This document shows, piece by piece, positions 1-12,049 of a DNA stretch of 64,000 bases. The stretch is taken from assembly GCA_964016885.1 (NCBI GenBank), contig OZ024742.1, positions 158,844,001 through 158,908,000 on the forward strand, read 5' to 3'. Position 1 is the first letter of the stretch, and every line of letters starts with the position of its first letter. A program made the translations under genes and the position numbers. Below the pieces are notes generated by a model that worked only from the letters and a program-made list of their open reading frames with translations, searched no databases and was not told the DNA's origin. Source of the DNA: Eledone cirrhosa (taxonomy: Eukaryota).

Positions 1-32
1 ATGTGTGTGTGTGTCTATCTATCTATCTATTA

Positions 33-89
<57 letters not shown>

Positions 90-191
90 CTGTGTGTGTC
101 TATCTATCTATCTATTATATCTCTGTCTATATATATATATATATATATTATATGTGTGTGTGTCTATCTATCTATCTATTATCTCTCTCTC

Positions 192-239
<48 letters not shown>

Positions 240-330
240 TATCTATTGATTTATCTACCTATCTATCTATCTGTCTATCTCCTTCTATCAATATATCTGT
301 CTCTCACTCTCTCTCTCTCTCGCTCTTATT
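1..330. repeat. Compound microsatellite block (GT)n-(CTAT)n-(CT)n-(AT)n, repeated about 3-4 times as a higher-order unit
   Basis: Directly visible; the ORFs here are low-complexity artefacts. Confidence 0.95.
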
Positions 331-446
331 CTCTCTTCCTCCGGAAATCTCTCTCCTTCTTCTCCCTCTATCTCCCCCTATTTAATTACAAACCAATGAT
401 TCACATGAAGAAGAAAATAGAAGACAAAGAAGAAGTAATTGTGATG

Positions 447-783
447 GCAGTGGTGGTGGTAGTGGGGACGGTGATTGTGCTGGTGCTGGTGGTGGTGGTG
501 CTGGTGGTGGTAGTGGGGACGGTGGTTGTGGTCTTGCTGTTGGTGGTGGTGCTGGTGGTGGTGGTGGTGCTGGTGGTGCTGGTGGTGGTGGTGGTGCTGG
601 TGGTGCTGGTGGTGCTGGTGGTGGTGGTGGTGCTGGTGGTGGTGCTGGTGGTGCTGGTGGTGGTGGTGGTGGTGGTGCTGGTGGTGCTGGTGGGGCTGGT
701 GGTGGTGGTGGTGCTTGTGGGGGTGCTGGTGGTGGTGGTGGTGGTGGTGCTGGTGGTGCTGGTGGTGGTGGTGGTGGTGGTGC

Positions 784-814
<31 letters not shown>

Positions 815-1101
815 GGTGCTGGTGGTGGGGCTGGTGGTGGTGGTGGTGCTTGTGGGGGTGCTGGTGGTGGTGGTGGTGGTGGTGCTGGTGGTGGTGGTGG
901 TGGTGGTGGTACTGGTGGTGGTGCTGGTGGTGGTGCTGGTGGTGGTGCTGGTGGTGGTGGTGCTGGTGGTGGTGGTGCTGGTGGTGGTGGTGGTGGTGGT
1001 GCTGGTGGTGGTGGTGGTGGTGGTGGTGGTGCTGCTGCTGCTGGTGGTGGTGGTGGTGGTGGTGCTGGTGGTGGTGGTGGTGGTGGTGGTGGTGCTGCTG
1101 C

Positions 1102-1132
<31 letters not shown>

Positions 1133-1335
1133 GGTGGTGGTGGTGGTGGTGCTGCTGCTGCTGGTGGTGGTGGTGGTGGTGGTGGTGGTGCTGCTGCTGC
1201 TGGTGGTGGTGGTGGTGGTGGTGCTGGTGCTGGTGGTGATGGTGGTGGTGGTGGTGGTGGTGCTGGTGGTGGTGGTGGTGCTGGTGGTGCTGGTGGTGCT
1301 GGTGGTGGTGGTGGTGGTGGTGGTGGTGCTGCTGC

Positions 1336-1366
<31 letters not shown>

Positions 1367-1482
1367 GGTGGTGGTGGTGGTGGTGCTGCTGCTGCTGGTG
1401 GTGGTGGTGGTGGTGGTGGTGGTGCTGCTGCTGCTGGTGGTGGTGGTGGTGGTGGTGCTGGTGCTGGTGGTGGTGGTGGTGG

Positions 1483-1513
<31 letters not shown>

Positions 1514-1782
1514 GGTGGTACTGGTGGTAGTGGTGGTGGTGGTGGTGGTGCTGGTGCTGGTGGTGGTACTGGTGGTAGTGGTGCTGGTGGTGGTGCTGGT
1601 GGTGGTGGTGCTGGTGGTGGTGGTGGTGCTGCTGGTGGTGGTGCTGGTGGTGGTGGTGGTGGTGCTGGTGGTGGTGGTGCTGGTGGTGGTGGTGCTGGTG
1701 GTGGTGGTGGTGGTGGTGGTGGTAGTGGTGCTGGTGGTGCTGGTGGTGCTGCTGGTGGTGGTGGTGGTGCTGGTGGTGGTGC

Positions 1783-1813
<31 letters not shown>

Positions 1814-1882
1814 GCTGGTGCTGGTGGTGGTTGCTGCTGGTAGTGGTGCTGGTGGTGGTGCTGGTGGTGGTGGTGGTGGTGC

Positions 1883-1913
<31 letters not shown>

Positions 1914-1930
1914 GGTGGTGGTGGTGGTGC

Positions 1931-1961
<31 letters not shown>

Positions 1962-1969
1962 GGTGGTGC

Positions 1970-2000
<31 letters not shown>

Positions 2001-2397
2001 GGTGGTGGTGGTGGTTGTGGTGGTGGTGGTGGTGCTGCTGGTGGTGGTGGTGGTGGTGGTGGTGGTGCTGGCGGTGCTGGTGCTGGTGGTGCTGGTGGTG
2101 CTGGGCCTGGTGCTGGTTGTGGTGGTTGTGGGGGTGCTGGTGGTGCTGGTGCTGGTGGTGGTGGTGGTGGTGGTGGTGGTGGTGTTGCTGGTGGTGCTGG
2201 TGGTAGTGCTAGTGGTGGTGGTGCTGGTGGTGCTGGTGGTGCTGGTGGTGGTGCTGGTGGTGGTGCTGGTGGTGCTGGTGGTGGTGCTGGTGCTGGTGGT
2301 GGTGGTGCTGGTGCTGGTGCTGGTGCTGGTGGTGGTACTGGTGGTAGTGGTGGTGGTGCTGGTGCTGGTGGTGGTGGTGGTGGTGCTGGTGGTGGAG
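447..2397. repeat. ~1.95 kb imperfect (GGT)n trinucleotide array with GCT interruptions
   Basis: Continuous GGT/GCT triplets, a phase shift near 1831, and internal higher-order duplications (e.g. ggggctggt...gcttgtgggg at ~692 and ~827). Confidence 0.95.
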
Positions 2398-2856
2398 ATG
2401 ATGAAATACTGTTCGGTTTCTATTTCTTAAGTGATTAAGTTGACAATATAAGCGATGCTTGTTTTTCTAGTTTAATCTTGTCCATTCTTCTCCTACTAGG
2501 TTGTATTTATTAATTATTTACTTCACTTTTGTCCATCCTTACTTATTGAAGATTGCTTCCAATCGACGTTGCCAATTTATCATGTTTTCTGCCTTGCATC
2601 CTCATCCCTTCCTCATCATATCCAGTAGCTGTTAATAGTGTGTTTTGTTGTTATTGTTGTTGTTGTTTTCTACTTCTGGCTAATTGTCTATCTATCTCTT
2701 TCTCTTGTCTAAGCATCATAAGACACATATCATCTCATTCTCTCTCTCTCTATTTCTCTCTCTCTCTCACTCTCTCTCCCTCTCTCTCTCACTCTCTTCT
2801 TTCTTATATATGTGTGTGTGTGAAAGTGTATGTATATATATGTATGCTTACATTCA

Positions 2857-2951
<95 letters not shown>

Positions 2952-3435
2952 AACTGCGTCTGACACACTACATACGGAACTATTAGATTCATATTTCATT
3001 ACTCTTCTGTTGTGTTCTACTGTGTTTTCTGCTACTAGAATAGATTTCGCTGTGTTGATACTCTGAACCTCTTTCGAATTCTCTTAAACCTCTTTCGAAC
3101 CTTTGCCTTTCGAATTCTCGCCTTGTCATTGCTGTTCCTTAAACTCTCTCCATACTTGTCGTACTTAACTCACTTCCCAAATCCTCGCTTCCCAAGATAT
3201 GAAAATCATATTTCTTTCAATACCCCTCTCTATATTTATGCGTGGCACCAACTTCATCCAGTTTTGCCATCCAATGAAGAGAAAGATTCGGTAAAATAGT
3301 TCTTCGGCCTATAAAGTGTTCCTTGCACTGATTTTTTAAAGTCTATTTGGAATAATGAATGTAAGTGTTTCGACTTCCTGAGATTTTCACGGATCCCATT
3401 GGTAGAATCAGCCAAGTGTGTTTGTAAACTTATGT

Positions 3436-3466
<31 letters not shown>

Positions 3467-3650
3467 CAGTGAAATTCCGTTATAACGAAAATTCACTGGG
3501 TATTAAAAAATTCGTTGTAACGAAAAATTCTTTATAACGAGATCAAGCGAAACAAATCGAGCGTGTGTTTATTATTACCTCGAGGATTGAAAAAAATTCG
3601 TTATACTGAAAAATTCGTTATAATGGTGTTCGTTATAACAATTTTACCTG
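3467..3650. mobile_element. Tc1/mariner(pogo)-type MITE
   Basis: Imperfect TIRs CAGTGAAATTCCGTTATAACGAA ... TTCGTTATAACAATTTTACCTG, internal TTCGTTATAAC repeats, flanked by TA within (TA)n. Confidence 0.75.
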
Positions 3651-5110
3651 TATATATATATATATATTCATCTATAATTCTATACATTTACACACACGCA
3701 CTTAAACACAATTAGTTTTCTGTCTCAATCAGGTTACTACCATAAGAAATTTGCTTTCTAGTTACAAGGTCCTGTGTTATAACCCTGCATTTGCTTTATA
3801 AATAGTTATTTCTCCAAAGTTACTCATACATTTAATCATGTATGTAATATGTACATATATACTGAATATTTATGTAATTATATCCTAGAAAATAAATTAT
3901 TAAATTATCATTATCTTTATTCACTTCCCCATGTTCGTAATCAACATAAACCTTAGGTTTTCTCTTGTCCAATCATTCATTTATCATAACTCAAAGAGAT
4001 AGATCCAATGAAACCGGAATAAGTGCCGGTCTCATGAGCCTCTTGACTTGGGGCAGCCTTAAGTTTAATCTTGCAAAGCAAATTCAGTAATTATGTGTAT
4101 GTGCACCAGCATCTGGGCGTGTGTGTGTGTGTGTGTGAGATTTTATACGATTCGTCTGTGTTTGTGTGTGCGTGTGGCTGTGTTTGTGGGTGAGTGTATT
4201 TGTGTGTGTGTATTTGTATCAGCATTTGTATGTGTACGTGTGACATTATAAAGTACTAGACTATCTGTTGTGTGGTGAATGTATTTACATTTATTTTGAG
4301 AGTAATAAAAATTTAGTTTTAAGGGTAATTTGGCTGCTATTTCTAACAAATCAAACAACCACTAAAGGATATTATCTGCCCTCAAATGACCTGTATTTAG
4401 ACATTTGTATATGGAGTGGTAATGAATGATGGGATATTCGTCATTTTGAAACTGTCTTGTAATCATAGTAAGAAATTTCGCTCGGATTTTTCATTCGTAA
4501 CAGCGTTGTGATAAATAAGACATTATGGTCATTTTATTCAACGGCTGGCAAAACACATTTAGATTATGACCATTATCTTCTGTGATTTGTTTCATGTCTT
4601 GTTGGCATATATTGCTTCAATGGAAAAGAAAATCAATGACGCTATACAAATAGGATGCATAAAATTGTAGATACAAAATAGACCTTGTCCATGCGAACAT
4701 TTAGATCTGAAATTTGATTAAATCTTATTCTAAGCAAGACAGATAAAACATAGAAAGGTTCAGTGACTTTCTCTCGAATTATTGCAAACAAAGATTTGTG
4801 CTTACTTTTTAAAAGAAAAAATAGTGGTTGTATCTAATGTGAAATACTTTCATTGTGGGAAAACATCAAATTATTGGATTGTATGTACTTCAGTATATAG
4901 TTATTGGTAACTGTATGTGTGTGTGTTTATGGGTATGTGTACGTATGTTAGTGTATGCATCTGCGTAAATGTGTGTGTATGTGTGTTTATATGGACATGT
5001 ATAAGTGTGTTTACATGCATGTATATATATATGTGTATAGTTATAAATATATATATTATATATGGGTGTGTGTGAATGAATATATGTATGTATATATGTA
5101 TATATATATG

Positions 5111-5150
<40 letters not shown>

Positions 5151-5163
5151 CGTGTGTGTGTAT

Positions 5164-5194
<31 letters not shown>

Positions 5195-5198
<4 letters not shown>

Positions 5199-5640
5199 TG
5201 CTACTGGTAACATGTAACCCAGTACAACCATCTCATGGTTGGATCGTCGGCGACTAAACCGGCAACCCCTACCAACATTGCTTGGTGAGGAGAGTGTTAT
5301 TTGGACACCCTGCTGGATGAAATACAAGACCCGGCGAAGGGCAGAGGACTCAGCAGAGTCAACGGCCATCCAAATAGTACTTTTTTCTTTTTTTTTATCT
5401 TGGATTGAAAGGCCCCCAGTTGTTGTCAAAACACCTTTCTAGGAGAGAGAAACTCTGAAAAAACCTGCGGCTTCGGAAACATCCGATGATGTTGACCAGT
5501 TCTCCTTTTCGGGTAGTTTTTTCGATGCTCAGAGAGTGGGATTGGTCGAGTGCAAGGCCTTTCCCCACTTTAAAAACCTTCAAAGCACAGACATTGCTTG
5601 TTCAGGATAACAGGTTCGTGTGGCTGGCCTGAAAGTGCGT
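5195..5640 (+). mobile_element. RTE-like 5'UTR / non-autonomous RTE-derived element
   Basis: Shares blocks with 19245-19592 (ttctaggaga..aaacctgc..ccgatgatgtt..ttttcggg..gctcagagagtgggattgg..cactttaaaaac..cagacattgc). The RTE assignment is from general resemblance only. Confidence 0.45.
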
Positions 5641-5821
5641 CATTTTCTGTAATCTGACAAGCAATTGAAATACTCTTAGCAGAGTTTGCAGCCACCATGT
5701 ATCTATGTATGTATCTGGATGTCCATGTATTATATATGGACATACAGATACATACATAGATACATGATGGCTGCAAACTTTGCTAAGAGTATTGCAATTG
5801 CTTGTCAGATTACAGAAAATG
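5641..5821. repeat. Long near-perfect inverted repeat (~86 bp arms, 9 nt loop)
   Basis: cattttctgtaatctgacaagcaattg...gatgtccat / atggacat...caattgcttgtcagattacagaaaatg. Confidence 0.9.
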
Positions 5822-6520
5822 GTTGAGAAACGACATAGTAGAGAAATGTCAAGATTCTAAAGCTTAATGTACGAACCGCAAATATTTCGGCGACATTTAT
5901 TCAATGTGTACTCCATGGGGTAAAAATCCAAAAATTGTACGACTATAAAACCAGAGACAATGAATAATAAATAACAATACTACCAAGTATTTAGAGAGAA
6001 TTATAGTCTTTTGTTTATTTTACGTACGTTTGACCAATTGTAAACAATAAATAGGGATTATTTTATCTTTTTAGTAAGATGTGAGTATATGGAAAGTAAA
6101 TCTATATACATGTAACGTTTCACAAGCACAAAAAGGAAAATAAACATGAAAAAAAATACAAATATCTTTACGCATGTTAAACAACTGGATCTTCAGAACC
6201 TTTCACTGTAAGAACCGTTAAATCAACGGGACACCAGAATTTAAATAGCTTCAGAGAAATAATTTTACGTTATTATGACAGCAAAGTTGAAGTGATGAGA
6301 AAGAGAGGGGGGGGGGTTAAAAAACAAGAGAGGGGGAGCAAGAAACAAATTCAAAACAGCAAAAACTGATAGAAGGTAAACACCGAAGAAGAAAAGGGAA
6401 AAATCATCCTCATATATGTTAAGTGTGCAAAATATAGGAAACTATTAAGAAAGACAGACAACGTATCAACAATACGAGATATGCTCATTCATTAAAAATA
6501 CATAAGAATTTGCTTCTAAA

Positions 6521-6710
6521 AATAATTGTTTCTACTTTTGGCACAAGGCCAGCAATTAACACTGTGTATTACTGGTACTTTATTTTATCGACCCTGTAAG
6601 GATGAAAGGCAAAGTTAACCTCGGCGGGATTTGAACTCAGACCATAAAAGGCCGTAACTCTTTGCTGCAAAGCATGGCGTCCGACCCTCTACCGATACTG
6701 CCAATCCACC
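6521..6710 (-). mobile_element. tRNA-derived SINE with Meta/MESC-like core (family S1), full length
   Basis: Minus strand: A box TGGCAGTATCGG, B box GAGTTCAAATCC, core GCCTTTCATCCTTAC.GGGTCGATAAAATAAAGTACCAG, tail GGCCTTGTGCCAAAAGTAGAAACAATTAT. TSD ctaaaaataat at 6516-6526 and 6710-6720. Confidence 0.9.
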
Positions 6711-6886
6711 TAAAAATAATGAGAATATTAGTGTACACATACGTATATAAACACATTTACAATTTCAAATGCATATATTCAGTGTATTTAAACACATATA
6801 CGTATCTTCTTATATATAAAAACATATACGTATAGATATCATTATGATAATTAAATATTAATAACTACAAGGAGAGGGCGAAATCA

Positions 6887-6970
<84 letters not shown>

Positions 6971-7125
6971 TAAAATACATGGTTATAGAAGTTTAAGGCA
7001 AAAAACATGGCATGGTGACAAAATATTAAACAGACAGCCTAATTGCAGTTATGTATATGCAGAGGTAAAGGAGAATACGAAAAATGATAAATAAGAAAAT
7101 AAAAAGTCGAATAAGACGATATACA

Positions 7126-7282
7126 AATAATTGTTTCTACTTTTGGCACCAGGCCAGCAATTATCCAGTGTATTACTGGTACTTTATTTTATCGACCCCG
7201 TAAGGATGAAAGGCAAAGTTAACCTCAGCGGGATTTGAACTCAAAGCATGGTGTCCGACTCTCTACCGATACTGCCAATCCA
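7126..7282 (-). mobile_element. SINE S1 with internal deletion in the tRNA head
   Basis: Same sequence as the 6521 copy; TSD atacaaataat at 7121-7131 and 7282-7292. Confidence 0.9.
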
Positions 7283-7447
7283 TACAAATAATGATCTGTG
7301 AAGGTTTATATATATCAAATACATTCTATTACTACGGACTTCAGTAATACTAAAAGGATATCCTATAATATAACCAAACAAAAGAAATACTATTGGAAAA
7401 CTGATAGTAGTATTATTAGAAAATATTTCTGAGATTGGTAAAAGATG

Positions 7448-7635
7448 AATAATTGTTTCTACTTTAGGCACAAGGCCAGCAATTACCCAGTGCATTACTG
7501 GTACTTTATTTTATCGACCCCGTAAGGATGAAAGGCAAAGTCAACCTCGGCGGGATTTGAACTCAGATTGTAAAGGGACGTAACTATGCTGTAAAGCATG
7601 GCGTCCGACCCTCTACCGATACTGCCAATCCACCG
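7448..7635 (-). mobile_element. SINE S1, full length
   Basis: A/B boxes, core and tail present; short TSD gaataat. Confidence 0.9.
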
Positions 7636-7699
7636 GAATAATGTGGAGTGGTAACTAAGAGTTAGTTGAGTGTAGAATTAATCAAGGAAACAAAAATTA

Positions 7700-8535
7700 A
7701 AAGGAAGAAAGCGTAATTTATGTGGTGTCGAAAACCTTGTAAAAGGAAGAATAAAGCATTCTATGATTACATGAATGGATTTCACACGTTTGTTAAATAC
7801 TTTAAATCCAGAGGTAGTGATTCCATAGGCTTCAACTAAACATAAATTGCATTGTACTCTACTAGCCCTATGTATTTTAGCAGAGTTAATAATCGACCAC
7901 ATTAGAGAGAATCCAAAATTGGATTTATTTGAATTCTAACTGAAGTGTGCGAGTGAAGTTGGATTTTTTTTTAAATAAATGTAACTGCGAAATATATTAC
8001 CTCTTAAACAGGTTAGAAGTGGCTCCAATATAGCGATCAAAGCTATTACGTGTGGTTATCGAAGGGTTATATACTACTAAGTACCGTTAAACTAGTTCTT
8101 AGTTGGTACTCTACAATTATATTCTGGTTTGACTCTATTATTATTGTGAGACATATTAGAATCACTATCAAGGTGAGGAATCTATTCAACATTATCAATA
8201 AACCTATCAACTGGAGTAATGTTATTGTGGTTGATATTCTACCTATTATTACTATTAATATTGAATTTATACTAATTGTTTAAGGTGGCTATATTCTTAA
8301 AAGGATGTCCTGAATCTTTATAAATATTTTTTTTTTATATCCTGATCTAGCTAATACTTCTGTATACTAATCAGCATTTTAGTTTTAAAATCTTTTCATT
8401 GGCTGACAAGCAAGAATTGCTTCTGGATACATTGTTAACTATGGATTTAATAATAGACCTTAAACCCTTGGTTGTATTTCCAAGAGATGAATGGGCCTGT
8501 TATTTTTATCTAAAGACATTTTTTCTAATTCCACC
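7700..8535 (-). mobile_element. Degenerate Penelope-like element (RT thumb to GIY-YIG C-terminus)
   Basis: Minus-strand peptides WSIINSAKIHRASRVQCNLCLVE (PLE GIY-YIG tail) and IKSIVNNVSR..LSANEKI. Confidence 0.65.
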
Positions 8536-8572
8536 CCACCCGTCCGTTCAATCTATCTTATTTCTCATTCTT

Positions 8573-8608
8573 TCTTCTGATGAGGGACTAGCGTCCGAAA
8601 CGTTGAGA
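8573..8608 (+). ncRNA. Minimal type I hammerhead ribozyme motif in an inverted PLE pLTR
   Basis: TCTT-CTGATGA-G-GGAC(TAGC)GTCC-GAAAC-GTT-GAGA; stem III is the palindrome AACGTT. Confidence 0.75.
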
Positions 8609-8692
8609 CCTTCTTCCTGCTATTTCAAGCGTTAACCTAATATATTCTTTCCATATACTGTACCGATTGTGTTGTTACTTCTGTTTACCTTT

Positions 8693-8741
<49 letters not shown>

Positions 8742-9058
8742 TCGTATATTTTATTAACCCGTGTCTGTTTATATGCCCCGTACACTAGCAGTTCAACAAA
8801 ATGAGATTGATATAATAAGTGCCGGGCATCAAAGTTATATACAATGGGATCGATGTAGATAACCAGAATCAAAAGCGGCGCCCAGCATGGCTGCTGCCAA
8901 ATGATTGAGACCAATATGTTTTTGTTAAATGAATGAGATTTGGTAGAGAGAAGCTGTTAGTTTACGAAGTATTAAGAAATTTTAAATTACCATTCAGTCT
9001 TATGTTCAGATATTGGGAAATCATGTATCTAGTCATACATTAACCAATGCAGTATTAG

Positions 9059-9470
9059 ATAATTGTTTCTACTTTTGGGCACAAGGCAAGCAATTATCCC
9101 AGTACATTACTGGAACTTTATTTTATCGACCCCGTAAGGATGAAAGGCACAGTTAATGAAGCATAGTCAGTTCCCTTTCCAGTTCCTGAATCACCACTCT
9201 ACTGCCCTATGTCAAATACCAGCCAGATAGGGCATAGTGTATCTAGCTAATAACCTGCAACATCCTACTACTGTCATGTTGTGCCTACTGTAAATTATGG
9301 GTGCACAAGAGATGCAACAGGATCTGAAGTAGACTGATAGAGAAGAAAATCTTCATGTGTAGCAGATAAGTAGATCTTAGCAATAATGAGGTATGGTAGA
9401 AGGCCTTAACTCTTGCTGGAGTTGTAAGTGTGCGGGATTTGAACTCAGACTATAAGGGGCGTAACTCTGA
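9059..9470 (-). mobile_element. 5'-truncated SINE S1 interrupted by ~275 bp of unrelated sequence
   Basis: 3' part at 9059-9157, B-box part at 9432-9467; 16-bp TSD TGCAGTATTAGATAAT at 9048-9063 and 9480-9495. Confidence 0.85.
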
Positions 9471-9729
9471 GGTTCCCATTGCAGTATTAGATAATAGTGT
9501 GGGTTTTTTCTGATGGCATAGTTTGATTTAAAGAAGATATGGCTGTTATTCCTAGCAAGTCGAGTGACCACGTTGAAACTCCCACGTGTTAACCCTACAA
9601 TAATCTTGTACTCTCAGTTGATTAAAATCGAAGAAACCAGGATAAGTACCTGTCTGATGAGCCTCCACGCTTAAAACATATTTAATTGTTTATATTTCGT
9701 GTTTTTCTTAATTCATTTTGAACATCAGT

Positions 9730-9860
9730 TGACGGCTTAAGACGTCTTTTGAGTATTTGGTTACGATAATGTACGTTCTGAGTTCAAATCGCATCGAAGT
9801 CATCCGTGCTTTTTCATTCTTTGAAGGTCGATAAAATATTATAACAGTCTAGTACTTGGG
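9730..9860 (+). mobile_element. Old diverged Meta-core SINE
   Basis: gttctgagttcaaatc...ttttcattctttgaaggtcgataaaat. Confidence 0.6.
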
Positions 9861-9997
9861 TATATTTAATTGCCTATAGCCATTCTACACCCACCATCAC
9901 CCCATAAACACATTTGTGTTTGTGTGACTCTTAGAAATCAACACGTCCCCTTCATTTGACGTTCCAGACGATTTGGCGATTTTGATTTACATTTATA

Positions 9998-10016
9998 CGT
10001 GTGTATATGTATATAG

Positions 10017-10075
<59 letters not shown>

Positions 10076-10110
10076 CATAAATATATACATATATACATAT
10101 ACACACATAT

Positions 10111-10153
<43 letters not shown>

Positions 10154-10180
10154 TATATATATATACATATATATATATAC

Positions 10181-10212
<32 letters not shown>

Positions 10213-10315
10213 CTTATATATACATACATAAATACATACATATATATATACATATATATATTGTATATATCGTTGTATATATACATACACACACACACAC
10301 ACATATATATATATA

Positions 10316-10374
<59 letters not shown>

Positions 10375-10760
10375 GTATTTTATCACATTTGCTGCTGTAA
10401 AAGCCTCCATTTCATCAACATTTATTGTCTTGAGAACATTTATTTCTATTGTGTTTGTGTTAACGTTGTTGTTGTTGTTGTTGTTTATCTTGTTATTGTT
10501 GTCGTTGTTGTTGTTGTTGTTGTTTGTCTTGTTATTGTTGTCGTTACTGCCGTCGCCGTCCTCGTAGTTCAAATCGCCGCAGTTAAAAACGACAAAGAAA
10601 ATTGCGTATTTATTAGTTCTGCTTTTTCTCTTTCTACTTCTTATTCATATTCTTCTTCTTCTTCTTCTTCATCTCTTTCTTCTCTTTCTACTTCTTATTC
10701 ATATTCTTCTTCTTCTTCTTCTTCTTCTTCATCTCTTTCTTCTCTTTCTTCTTATTCTTT
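9998..10760. repeat. (TG)n/(TA)n/(GTT)n/(TCT)n microsatellite tract
   Basis: Directly visible. Confidence 0.9.
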
Positions 10761-11574
10761 ATTGCGATATTTTCATTTTCGTTTCCATGTAGATTTGCGT
10801 CTGTGCCATTGAATTCCGGTGCCAAAAGTCAGCATCAATATATGTAAAATCTTTGACTTCACAGTTTCAATCATGGCGCTACATAATATATCAAAATATT
10901 CTGTTACAGGCTATATATCCTATTGTTTCAATTGCAGTTGCATAACATTGCTTTTTTTTTATTATTTACGTTTCCACTGATATCGTTATTGAAGTGATAG
11001 AGTTGGTGATGGTAGTGGCTATTTCAGCTGTTGCTGCTGTCACGTTTAATGTTGTTGTTGTTGTTGTTGTTATTGTTGCTAGCTATTGTTATTAATGCTG
11101 CTATTGTTGTTGTTACTGTTGTTGGTATCACTGCTACTGCTACTGCTGTTGTTCTTGTCGGTGATGTTGTTATAGCTCGCGGTGATTGTTCAGCACTGCA
11201 GCCATATTTAAATGGAACAGGGAGAAAACGAATACAAGAGAAAGAGCAAGTGAGAGAGAAATAGGAAGAAAGAAAGAAAAAGAAAGAAAGCAAGAAAGAA
11301 AGGGAGAAAATATTGCTAAAAGCTAGAATTATATTGATCACGAACAAAATATAAGTCGGAATTCTTTGGAACTGCCTTATTTTTCGAAATTAGCCAAGAA
11401 CCCGATGATATATGATTAACAAACATTTTCTACTGGCTTAAATCATGAATTGGTAGCAGCCAAACTGGCAGATAGCTTCTATATTCAGCAAATATGCCAT
11501 TCATATGAAGTATAAAGACACGAGTATAGCAAGGGTTAGCGGAAGCTGTGTACATGTATATATTTATAGTGAGG

Positions 11575-11870
11575 GTGCGTGACTTAGAGGTTAAGGTGTT
11601 TAATTTACGATCGTAACGTAGTGAGTTCGATTCCTGGATTGAATTGCCAGTTGTGACCTTTTAGCAAGACGCTTTATTCCGCGTTGCTCCACTCCACTAG
11701 GCTGACAAAAATGAGTTGTATCTGTAATTGAAAGAACCAATCTTCTTATATATTGATTCTCCCTGAAAGTTATGTTAATGGTGCACGTGTATGTGGAAGG
11801 TTCAGCCACTTTAATTTCATGAGGGTGCAAGAGAGTGAAATTAAACATTAAGCAAAATAAGCACATACTT
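11575..11870 (+). mobile_element. Second tRNA-derived SINE family (S2), diverged
   Basis: A-box-like tgacttagaggtt, B box gagttcgattcc, body gcaagacgctttattc..ctccactccact..aaaaatgagt; homologous to 19605-19880. Confidence 0.6.
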
Positions 11871-12049
11871 ATGGCAAAGAGGGAAGAAGGGTATCAGTAT
11901 ATTTGTCATTCCAAAAGAGACTTTTTGGCAGATTTTATATATGGGGACACTATAATTTAATATATATGGGACACTATAATTTAAGCGCTTGGGTCCTCAA
12001 AAGGGCTTAATCATAGGTGTTAATTAGAGTGTTCAGACAGTTGTTGGTA

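Noticed and set aside
3-2438. 811-aa poly-Val/Gly ORF and the poly-Trp ORFs
   Set aside because: Stop-free reading of microsatellite and GGT repeat; no domain or gene structure.
6640-6710. tRNA genes at the A/B-box motifs (also 7550-7635, 16213-16300, 25470-25560)
   Set aside because: These are SINE heads joined to core and tail with TSDs; no complete cloverleaf.
9650-9680. Hammerhead at CTGATGAgcctccacgcttaaaac
   Set aside because: GAAA box and stems not intact; at most a relic.
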